DNA of 64,000 nucleotides from an uncultured Thermoplasmatales archaeon (GTDB lineage Archaea > Thermoplasmatota > Penumbrarchaeia > Penumbrarchaeales > Penumbrarchaeaceae), in the NCBI GenBank assembly GCA_963807965.1, contig CAWEDU010000007.1, positions 25,865-89,864 on the forward strand, given 5' to 3'. The position numbers and the translations under genes were made by a program. The stretch's first letter is position 1. Every line of letters starts with the position of its first letter. The notes beneath the pieces are model-generated. The model worked only from the letters and a program-made list of their open reading frames with translations. It did not search any database and was not told where the DNA came from. Positions 50,690 to 59,162 of this stretch are shown one piece after another.

Positions 50690-53671
50690 CTAGCTTCTTC
50701 TCATCCTCAGGTTCGAGGCGATATCGATCCTTGATGAGAACAGTGATACAAGATAGATAGCCAGCACCATTGATGAAATGGTGACCAGATGAATGATCAG
50801 TATGGATGGGGGGAAGACAACTCCGTTTTCTATTGTGATCCTGTTCTCAACATCGATATTGGATCCGAAATCTCCTATTGATGTTGCCCAGTCACCTGTG
50901 AATACTGTTTGGAAAGCATAACTGACAATGAAGCCTGTCATCGTTCCAATGAATAACCCAGCAATAAGGACCACCAATCCTTCGGATAGCAGTAGTCTAA
51001 AGACATTATCCCTGGTAGCACCTCTGGCAAGGACCTCTGCAAACTCCCTTCTCCTTGCTGTATTCTGGACAACCTGGATCAGGAAAAGTCCTACTACGAC
51101 CGCGATCAGGACACAAGAGAATTGGACTATAAGCATCAGGTCCATTCCTTTGTTTGCCGGTATATCCTTGATATTTTCTAATTCCTCATCCCTATCGACG
51201 ATCACTGCTGGTCCCTCGTCCCAACTTAGAGCTGTAATATTCTCCTCTACCTGTTCATTATCACCCTTAACATCCACGAGATAGGACCAGGTTCCTGGCA
51301 AATATGATTCAGGAATATTATCCTTTGAAATGTATATTGCGGGTTCCTCGTAAAGGTCCGTAAGGAAGTAGTGGTCACCCTCACCCCACCTCTCTTCATC
51401 AATGAGTTCAGATGCGGTCCTGCTTCTCAATCCGGATAAATGATCCACGATCCCTACGATCCTGCATTCAAGATAGATCTCGGTATATTCCTGAAAATCG
51501 TCTTCGGGACTTACTCTCCATTGCCACTGGTAACCAAGGGTGATGTTTATCCTGTCACCAACGACAAGCGAATTTTCCCTGGATGCCATCCTGTTGACTA
51601 TCACTGGAATAGGATTTACAGGACCATCCAGTTTATCTATCCATCCGCCATCGATCAGCAGTTCCCTCGAAGGGGAGACTACTTTCTGGTATTCGTCCGT
51701 TTCAAAGGCAATCAGACTACCCCAACCCCAGTCTCCATATTGGTCATTACCGATCTGATAACTGACATCCAAGTTCTGAACTGTTATGGCCTCATTGACG
51801 CCCTCGATCGAACTTATGTTCGACCCCATATCCCCATTGGCACCGGATACTGCTACATAGAGATCCGTTGGGACAGAAGAATCTAGGCTGGCCTCAATAC
51901 CATTCTCCCTCGTCTCCATCTGGGAAAGGACCAGTATCCCGAATGAGACCGTGATCGAGATGAGGATGGCCATTATTGTAACACTTCTCTTCCGATATTT
52001 TAGACCGGACACAAGGAGCATATGAAGTTCCCTGTTAAAGGACCTGAATGGTCTCGCTACCAGGTCCATGGTCTGTGGGATGCCTTGAACAAGAAGTCTG
52101 GACCCGGAGAGGATCAACAAGAATGGAAGGAAGAGGACCAGCAAAGGTTTGACAACCTCGGTGATTGAATACAATGCCAGCTGGAAAAGCCCCTCGGGTC
52201 TCCTCTCATTGAAGAAGGACATTGTTCCGATCAGAAGGAGTATGATGGATATTATCACAATATCCTTTCCCGGCTTGTATTCCTTCTCCTTTCTTTCCGG
52301 GGAACCTCTTACAGCCTGGAGTATGTCCATCTTCGAGAGCCTGTTCATTGACCGTAATCTGATAATTGTGACAAGAACACATGAAATGGCCAGAAGTGTG
52401 ATGACCATTGTGCTTCCGGGGATAAGGGATAGGATCCCGACGGTCTTTCCGAGGAAGAAAGATATGAAAATTGCTGACAGGGCTGTTCCCGCCAGTATTC
52501 CAAACAGTGTCCCGACAGATCCGTGTATGAGGGATTCCAGCATCAACATCCAGAATATCTGCCGTTTCGTTGCTCCTTTTACTTTGAGAAGAGAGATCTC
52601 CTGGACCTTGCTATCCATGCCTATTCTGGAACCCACAAGGACAAGATAGAAACAAAGGAGAAAGAGAGGGAATGAGAGAATGACGAGAAATACTCTCATT
52701 GTGATGGACCAGAAGATATAATTCTCGTAGATCTCATCCACCCTGTCATCCTCGATGTGGAAGCCGTTTACTTCCACTGTACTCTGGAGATCTTCCTTGA
52801 GTTCCCTTGCCTCTCTGCGTGTCTTCTGGACATCATCAATATTGGAGAAGAAATCCGGGTTCATCTTGAACAGGATCTTGGAGTAGGATTCGTAGTAGTA
52901 GTCAATTTTGGAGCTTACTCTTTGTTCCAGTAATGTTGATCCTTTCAGACCGAGGAAGATATTGTAGGTCTGGGGATAGATTTGATTCGAAAGGGATAAC
53001 AGACCAGGAGTGTCGATTATTTGCGATACATTGACCGATATGTTTATTGGAATTCTTTCGGTTAAATATAGTCCGGGAGGAGGAATATAAAATACATCAC
53101 CCTCACCAGAGGAGGTTATTATCTTTCTAGGTACCGCTCCATTGGTAGTTGTATTAACCTCCTCCAACCAAACATCTACCCATTGGTAATAGGTCAAATT
53201 GAAACTGTCTCCAACTGAAAGGCCAAGGTCCTCTGCCATGGAAGATGAGATCACACAAGAATCCCCATCATCGGGAAGATCGATACCATCCTTCTCGAAT
53301 AGGAACCTGGCTGCTCCTTCATCAAGTCCGTAAATGCCCAAATATTCCTCCTCAAGCTCAAGGCCCCCGAGTTCTCTGAAAAGACCAGAGTCCTCTATCC
53401 CCTCGAGGTCCCTCACCTGGTCCATCATTTCCGAAAGACCTGAACTGCTTTGACTATCATCATCTCCAGAGTACCAACTGTAAGCCTTGAAATGGAAATC
53501 GACCTCATCCAGCTGGTCCTTGAAGAGATCAGAAACAATGGCATCAGAGGTCATGAAGGACCCGGTGATAAAGGCAATTGAAATTAAAACACCGAACATC
53601 GATCCAAAGGTTGCAGCCTTGTTGGAACCCTGGTTCCTGAGAAGTATCCTGATGAAAGGAATGAATCCCAT
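50690..53671 (-). CDS. FtsX/MacB-like ABC permease (duplicated)
   Basis: EISLLKVKGAT and EFAEVLARGAT motifs; two large extracytoplasmic domains. Confidence 0.88.
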   Translation of the reverse strand: MGFIPFIRILLRNQGSNKAATFGSMFGVLISIAFITGSFMTSDAIVSDLFKDQLDEVDFHFKAYSWYSGDDDSQSSSGLSEMMDQVRDLEGIEDSGLFRELGGLELEEEYLGIYGLDEGAARFLFEKDGIDLPDDGDSCVISSSMAEDLGLSVGDSFNLTYYQWVDVWLEEVNTTTNGAVPRKIITSSGEGDVFYIPPPGLYLTERIPINISVNVSQIIDTPGLLSLSNQIYPQTYNIFLGLKGSTLLEQRVSSKIDYYYESYSKILFKMNPDFFSNIDDVQKTRREARELKEDLQSTVEVNGFHIEDDRVDEIYENYIFWSITMRVFLVILSFPLFLLCFYLVLVGSRIGMDSKVQEISLLKVKGATKRQIFWMLMLESLIHGSVGTLFGILAGTALSAIFISFFLGKTVGILSLIPGSTMVITLLAISCVLVTIIRLRSMNRLSKMDILQAVRGSPERKEKEYKPGKDIVIISIILLLIGTMSFFNERRPEGLFQLALYSITEVVKPLLVLFLPFLLILSGSRLLVQGIPQTMDLVARPFRSFNRELHMLLVSGLKYRKRSVTIMAILISITVSFGILVLSQMETRENGIEASLDSSVPTDLYVAVSGANGDMGSNISSIEGVNEAITVQNLDVSYQIGNDQYGDWGWGSLIAFETDEYQKVVSPSRELLIDGGWIDKLDGPVNPIPVIVNRMASRENSLVVGDRINITLGYQWQWRVSPEDDFQEYTEIYLECRIVGIVDHLSGLRSRTASELIDEERWGEGDHYFLTDLYEEPAIYISKDNIPESYLPGTWSYLVDVKGDNEQVEENITALSWDEGPAVIVDRDEELENIKDIPANKGMDLMLIVQFSCVLIAVVVGLFLIQVVQNTARRREFAEVLARGATRDNVFRLLLSEGLVVLIAGLFIGTMTGFIVSYAFQTVFTGDWATSIGDFGSNIDVENRITIENGVVFPPSILIIHLVTISSMVLAIYLVSLFSSRIDIASNLRMRRS

Positions 53672-53672
53672 T

Positions 53673-54428
53673 TCATTCCTCCGATACTATCCTTCCATCA
53701 ATGATCCTGAGGGTCCTGTCTGCCATCTGAGAAATGCGGCTGTCATGGGTGACTATTATCTCGGTCTTTCCCATCTGCTTTGAAAGTTCCCGAAATATCT
53801 TCATTATCTCCTTTCCGGTCTCGGAATCCAGTTCACCGGTAGGTTCGTCCGCAAGTATGATCTCGGGATCGTTTCCCAATGCCACCGCAAAGGCTACCCT
53901 CTGCTGCTCACCTCCCGAAAGTTGATCTGGCCTGTGACCCTGCCTATCCTTCAATCCAACTGCTTTCAAAAGATCGTCGGCCCTCTCCTTGATGGCTGAA
54001 GAGTTGAGCCCGTTGATCCTCATAGGGAGCTCAATATTCTCTCTAGCTGTCAATGTATTGATTAGATTGAAATTCTGGAAAATGAAACCTATCTTCTCCC
54101 TCCTGAAGTTGGAAAGCTGTTTCTCTCCCATCTTCTTCAGGTCGGTTCCGTCGACATAGATCCTGCCCGCAGTTGGAGTGTCCAGGGCCCCGAAGATGTT
54201 GAGGAGAGTTGTCTTCCCACATCCAGAGGGCCCTACGATGGCCACTACCTCACCTCTCTTGATGGTAATATCCACTCCTCTCAGGGCTGTGACCTCAAGT
54301 TCTCCAGAGGAATAGACCTTGATCAGCTCCCTGGCCCATATTACATCATCCTTTTCGGGCATTTCTTCCCTGGTGGATCTCTTTCTCTTCATTTCGGGAA
54401 GGTTCAATTCCTTGAAAGGAGAAGGCAT
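53673..54428 (-). CDS. LolD/MacB-type ABC ATPase
   Basis: GPSGCGKT, LSGGEQQR, ADEPTG. Confidence 0.95.
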   Translation of the reverse strand: MPSPFKELNLPEMKRKRSTREEMPEKDDVIWARELIKVYSSGELEVTALRGVDITIKRGEVVAIVGPSGCGKTTLLNIFGALDTPTAGRIYVDGTDLKKMGEKQLSNFRREKIGFIFQNFNLINTLTARENIELPMRINGLNSSAIKERADDLLKAVGLKDRQGHRPDQLSGGEQQRVAFAVALGNDPEIILADEPTGELDSETGKEIMKIFRELSKQMGKTEIIVTHDSRISQMADRTLRIIDGRIVSEE

Positions 54429-54527
54429 GACCAGGTCTAGAAACTCTATGTTAATAAAGGATATTGATACATGTATAGGACAGGATGGTCAACAATCAGG
54501 TGAGGTAGTTGTTATTGAAACTGACAA

Positions 54528-54767
54528 TTACTTCTTCTTCAGATCTTCAAGCATCTCCCCTACGCCTTTTGACTCCTTCTCGAGCCATTCCCGGTACTTC
54601 TCAAGTAGTTCGATCTTCTCCTCCTTGGAAAAGAAATGTCTTCCACAATGTTCCGGGTGGTGGTCCATTCCGTGCATTCTCATACCCATCATCATCATAT
54701 CTTCGTGAGGTCCCATTCCATGGAACCCTTTGCATCTATAGTGTCCGTGCATATTGATTTTCTCCAT
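54528..54767 (-). CDS. Small His/Met/Cys-rich protein with C-terminal coiled coil (DUF5320-like)
   Basis: MHGHYRC...HEDMMMMGMRMHGMDHHPEHC followed by SKEEKIELLEKY..WLEKE. Confidence 0.65.
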   Translation of the reverse strand: MEKINMHGHYRCKGFHGMGPHEDMMMMGMRMHGMDHHPEHCGRHFFSKEEKIELLEKYREWLEKESKGVGEMLEDLKKK

Positions 54768-54880
54768 TGTCGGGAATGCGATATCGCATTACCAATATCG
54801 GATATACGATACTAATATTTCAATCTATCGGATTTGCGATAGTTTTTAATTCCCAGCGGTTATATATCGATAATCCGATA
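54768..54880. promoter_or_regulatory. Array of TATCG-N6-CGATA palindromic operator boxes in a divergent promoter
   Basis: Perfect boxes at 54796-54811, 54826-54841 and 54865-54880; one-mismatch boxes at 54768-54783 and 54782-54797. Confidence 0.75.
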
Positions 54881-54887
54881 CCATATC

Positions 54888-55247
54888 ATGCACGGGCACC
54901 ACCATCACCACATGATGAAGGGTTTCCTGAGCTTTATTGTGCTTTGGAGTTTGAGGAAGGAATCTAAAACCGGGATGGAGATCGCAAGGGAGCTGGAGGA
55001 GAGAAAAGGTCATATGCCCAGCCCTGGAACCATATATCCTGTCCTGAAGATGATGACATTCAGGGGACTTCTGAAGGTGGATAATGAGAAGAGATACACC
55101 CTGACAGAAGCTGGAAAAGAGGAGCTGGACAAATCCCTGGACCATTTCTTCTCCATTTTCTTTGACATTGATGAAATGAAGGAAGCCTGCAGATGCAATC
55201 CCGATAATGACCATTCCCAAGGTGGGAAAGACTGTCCTTGTGAGTGA
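54888..55247 (+). CDS. PadR-family transcriptional regulator with poly-His N-terminus and Cys-rich C-terminus
   Basis: SPGTIYPVL, YTLTEAG; MHGHHHHH; CRC...CPCE. Confidence 0.9.
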   Translation: MHGHHHHHMMKGFLSFIVLWSLRKESKTGMEIARELEERKGHMPSPGTIYPVLKMMTFRGLLKVDNEKRYTLTEAGKEELDKSLDHFFSIFFDIDEMKEACRCNPDNDHSQGGKDCPCE

Positions 55248-55732
55248 TTGGAATGAATTTCGAATATTCTCCAATAGGTTATGTTAGGTCCCCCTTCAAG
55301 GACCCTTCCGGAATGCCTATCCAGAATAGAGGAGGAAAAGGGATAGTGGGAACAGTAGAGGTCCTTGATGAATTTGTGGAGGGGATTTCAGACCTCGATG
55401 GCTTCTCCCATATCATCCTTCTTTGTCATCTTCATATGAGCAGTGGTTACCATCTGAAGGTCGTTCCATTCATTGATGATGTAGAAAGAGGAGTGTTCTC
55501 CACAAGGGCTCCAAGAAGACCAAATCCCATCGGATTACATGTTGTTAGGCTTGAAAGGATTGAGGGCAATGTTCTCTATATCAAGGACCTGGACATGATT
55601 GATGGAACTCCGGTCCTTGATATAAAACCATATTTTCCCATGGTCAATGAAGAAGATGATGTGAAGATAGGCTGGATCGAAGGGAAACATGATAGGTTCG
55701 ATTCCATGGAATCCGATGAAAGGTTCGAATAA
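55244..55732 (+). CDS. trmO: tRNA (t6A37)-N6-methyltransferase TrmO/TsaA
   Basis: GVFSTRAPRRPNPIG, DGTPVLDIKPY. Confidence 0.92.
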   Translation: MIGMNFEYSPIGYVRSPFKDPSGMPIQNRGGKGIVGTVEVLDEFVEGISDLDGFSHIILLCHLHMSSGYHLKVVPFIDDVERGVFSTRAPRRPNPIGLHVVRLERIEGNVLYIKDLDMIDGTPVLDIKPYFPMVNEEDDVKIGWIEGKHDRFDSMESDERFE

Positions 55733-55752
55733 TGTTATAATTTTTTTGATCT

Positions 55753-56586
55753 TCAGTTAAGATCATTATTACCCTCAAAATAGATTGTCTCTACGATTTC
55801 CAAGGGGAATGTATTGCTGTAGGCTTCGATCCGATAGTAACCAGGTTCCAGTTCCTCATTCCAGTGATCAGAAAAGAATGTGATATTACGATAGATGGTC
55901 TCCCCAGGGGTTAGGTTGAATTCAAGGTAGACCGGTAAATGACCGCCACTGGATTCAAAGATAGTCATTCCATTTTCATCATAGATATTTATATGGGTCC
56001 AGGGGAAATGAGGAGCTGAACAATTTATAGAGTAATCCCTTGCATTTGTATAGGAGACGATCGCAAGTCCCATACCATCCACCGTTTCACCGGAAATTCC
56101 CATATCCACCAACGGAGTGTGATTGAACCCGGTAGAATTTCGATATGACTCTTCAGCAGTGATTACCTCGACCTTTAGGAGGTAATGACCGTATGGGAGG
56201 AATGTGGTTCGATTAATCATATTCCATTCTGTGTTCAAATAGAAATGATGTGTGATGAATCCCTCGGGCTCGATGGATCCAGTACCGGTCAAGCTCACAA
56301 TCGATGTATCGGACCAGATCAAAATACCATCCATGCTGGAAACATTTATGTTTATCATTGCTGGATCCTCATCATCAATTTTGAAACTACTATTACCGGT
56401 ATTGGTGATATTGACCTGGATATCATAATCTTCCATGTACTCTACGAGATCGATCCCGATCTCAAGATGCGCAGTATTCCCACTACCGTTTTCTTTCTCG
56501 AAGGATATTATAGTGTATGATAGGATCGATATTACAAGTAATAGGAACAAGATTGATGTTCCAGTTAGAACAACACTCTTTCTCAT
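55753..56586 (-). CDS. Secreted protein with tandem Ig-like (BsuPI-like) domains
   Basis: N-terminal TM/signal; NITNTG, LPYGHY and LEPGYY. Confidence 0.6.
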   Translation of the reverse strand: MRKSVVLTGTSILFLLLVISILSYTIISFEKENGSGNTAHLEIGIDLVEYMEDYDIQVNITNTGNSSFKIDDEDPAMININVSSMDGILIWSDTSIVSLTGTGSIEPEGFITHHFYLNTEWNMINRTTFLPYGHYLLKVEVITAEESYRNSTGFNHTPLVDMGISGETVDGMGLAIVSYTNARDYSINCSAPHFPWTHINIYDENGMTIFESSGGHLPVYLEFNLTPGETIYRNITFFSDHWNEELEPGYYRIEAYSNTFPLEIVETIYFEGNNDLN

Positions 56587-56641
56587 CCCATTTTCATATC
56601 CAAAGCGAATATTAGATGCTTTTCTTCACAAGTGAATAAAA

Positions 56642-57070
56642 TTAGGTTTTAATTTCGTTTATCATAATTTCATTGGTGATTTCGGCGGTTTTAGAAAGCA
56701 TGGCAGACACACCGCAGTATCTCTCCTTCGAAAGCTTCACGGCTTTCTTCACCTTCTCGATATCCATTCCTTCTCCTTTGAAGCTGTAAGTCAGATGTAT
56801 CTTGGTGTAAACCTTCGGATGATCCTCCGCCCTTTCATGTGTCTCGGATACGATGAACTCATCGTATTCCACCTTCATCTTCTTCAAGATCGAAATCACA
56901 TCCATCTGGGTGCATCCGATGAGAGCCTGAAGGACCAGTTCCATAGGAGTTGGTGCTGATTCAAGGCCCCCTACCTCCTTCTTGGTATCCATGGGGACCA
57001 TGTGTCCGCTATCTGTCATTCCCGCTAACGCAAGTCCCTCTACAACCCTGCTGTAGGCCATTTGGTTCAA
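56642..57070 (-). CDS. OsmC-family protein
   Basis: PTPMELVLQALIGC...RYCGVSAML. Confidence 0.92.
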   Translation of the reverse strand: MNQMAYSRVVEGLALAGMTDSGHMVPMDTKKEVGGLESAPTPMELVLQALIGCTQMDVISILKKMKVEYDEFIVSETHERAEDHPKVYTKIHLTYSFKGEGMDIEKVKKAVKLSKERYCGVSAMLSKTAEITNEIMINEIKT

Positions 57071-57157
57071 CTCCTGCTTCTATGCAGTCCAAACACACAT
57101 CCGTTTATTATCTTTCTCCCCCACATTTGAGGACCCTTGGACCTGAAACACCCGTTC

Positions 57158-58120
57158 TCAAGAATTGCTCAGAGATATGATCTTGTCAGCCAAACATTCA
57201 CATTCCGATTCCCAATCTTTTAATCTTTCCTTTCCCCCATGGCAAACCATGGATGAGAAACCCTTAACCTCCTCCAACCTGTTTGAAAAGGAAGATACCG
57301 TCCGTGCAGAACCTTTCAGTATTGAGGATAACTCCATATTGTTCTTTTTGATCACGAGTTCCAATTTCCTTACAACCTTCTCCTCGTTGCCATTTAGGAT
57401 TGAATCTCTCATCACTAAAAGATCATAGATGTCCTTGAATCTCTCCCTTCCAAATCCACCCACATTGCAGGTGGCAAGTATCTTGTCCGCAAAAAGGTCT
57501 GCGGGGCTTTCCATTCGGGTCTGAATCTCGGTCTTGGGTTTTTCATGGTCATTGATGAAGAAATTTGGAACCTTGAGAACTGATTCCATTGCAGGCATCC
57601 AATGGTTCTTGATGTTTATCTGAACCCTTATACTCTTGGACATTATTCTCTTATCCTTGACAATTTCAAATTCTCCGAACCTTGAAGGCATCCTTCTCCT
57701 GAAGCTCATGGTCCCCGTATGATCATCATAGAAGTCGAAATGAAAACCTCCAAATGCTATGTCACGAACATAGCATGTTCTTCCTGTTGATGCCAGCTTC
57801 TTGTTTTTCTTTAAAAAATGGTCCTTGAGAGCTGTTGGATTGGAGATATTGCCGTTCATGTCCAGATCAACTGATGCTCTCTGTTCCGCTGAGGGTATGA
57901 AGCATTGTACAGCTGTACCTCCTTTGAGAAATAAATGTTCATCATCTTGTAGAACATCCAATGTATCCTCAAGCCAGAATACGGTCTCGACCAATCTTGC
58001 AGGAACTCCCGAGGCAGCCTGTATCTCTCTAAATCTCTGGAACGAGATCTGATCCTTACTCCATATTCCAACAATTGATAATATCCTGTTCTTCTCATCC
58101 CTGTCAAGATCTATCCTCAT
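57158..58120 (-). CDS. AbiEii-type nucleotidyltransferase (type IV TA toxin)
   Basis: LKGGTA, RASVDLD, ADKILA, RFKDIYDL. Confidence 0.85.
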   Translation of the reverse strand: MRIDLDRDEKNRILSIVGIWSKDQISFQRFREIQAASGVPARLVETVFWLEDTLDVLQDDEHLFLKGGTAVQCFIPSAEQRASVDLDMNGNISNPTALKDHFLKKNKKLASTGRTCYVRDIAFGGFHFDFYDDHTGTMSFRRRMPSRFGEFEIVKDKRIMSKSIRVQINIKNHWMPAMESVLKVPNFFINDHEKPKTEIQTRMESPADLFADKILATCNVGGFGRERFKDIYDLLVMRDSILNGNEEKVVRKLELVIKKNNMELSSILKGSARTVSSFSNRLEEVKGFSSMVCHGGKERLKDWESECECLADKIISLSNS

Positions 58121-58932
58121 CCTATCACCGTGTTCAATGCAAGATCCAATGAATGGTGATCCACCAGTTCCGGTTGTTCCATTCCCAATCGGGATATTCT
58201 GTCAGGGATCATGATCCCGATTTTCCGGGATATGATCAGGACAGTTGATGAAATTTTGTTCTGCAAACCATGTTCAGTGGAATAATCGATCAAAGTGTTC
58301 AGATCAATGCCCCCTTCAATAAGGTTTTGTACAAGTAACAGATGGGCACCGTAATCAGTGCAATCCAAGGTTTCGAATGTTTCCACCATTCCTCTTTCAA
58401 CGGAAGATATCCAAACTTCTGAATCATACAGATTTTCTCTTTTCACATCAACAGGCATTATATCAATACTACGTGTTATGAAGTTCAATCCGGATATCTT
58501 CCCAACTGTTTCCAATCTTATCCTATCCTTTCGGGAAGGATCCTTGATATTCAGAAGTATGGAGTCAGTATCATAATCCAAAGGTATCACAGACCCCCTG
58601 GCAGAATGAAATCCACCTATGTAATATCGATTTCCGAACAAATAGTCTATCCTTTGCAGTGCATCTCCGATCTGTTTGAGATATCCTGCCATGGATAATA
58701 CCATATTCGATAGATCATCCATATATGGAAAATTCTCATCAATTTCGATCATCCCATTCCTCTCCAGAAGGACCCCTGCACCTATAAGTTCCTCAACCTG
58801 ATCGTATGTTCCATGCATACTGCCCCCGGTCTCCCTGTAAATCCGAACAACCTTTAAAGGGCCTGAACCAAGGATCGACTCGACTATCCTGACCTTGGTT
58901 TTCGTACCAAATATCGTTTCAAGGGGATGCAT
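58117..58932 (-). CDS. wHTH protein, putative AbiEi-like antitoxin
   Basis: LETIFGTKTKVRIV wHTH, YYIGG..A, SSVERGMVE; ATGA-coupled to the toxin gene. Start at 58932 preferred to the track's 59235. Confidence 0.65.
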   Translation of the reverse strand: MHPLETIFGTKTKVRIVESILGSGPLKVVRIYRETGGSMHGTYDQVEELIGAGVLLERNGMIEIDENFPYMDDLSNMVLSMAGYLKQIGDALQRIDYLFGNRYYIGGFHSARGSVIPLDYDTDSILLNIKDPSRKDRIRLETVGKISGLNFITRSIDIMPVDVKRENLYDSEVWISSVERGMVETFETLDCTDYGAHLLLVQNLIEGGIDLNTLIDYSTEHGLQNKISSTVLIISRKIGIMIPDRISRLGMEQPELVDHHSLDLALNTVIG

Positions 58933-59162
58933 ATTGAAACATATGAATTCATCACATATAATAATTTCCATAATTGGTGAGGAATTTATATTTTTTCCAT
59001 TAATGGTGAAGGATGAAGGGTTTTCATGATGAAAAATAAAAAAGGGCCTGATGAAAAACAAGCAATTCCTACAATTAAACAAGGCCCTTGGATATGTAAA
59101 GCAGTTAAATATGATACCTTCTTTCTCCCCGTGTTCTTTGTACAACAACGGAGGAAAAGCCC

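Noticed and set aside
59043-59088. C/D box sRNA (AGGGCC...GGCCCT stem with TGATGA)
   Set aside because: There is no CTGA D box before the closing stem.
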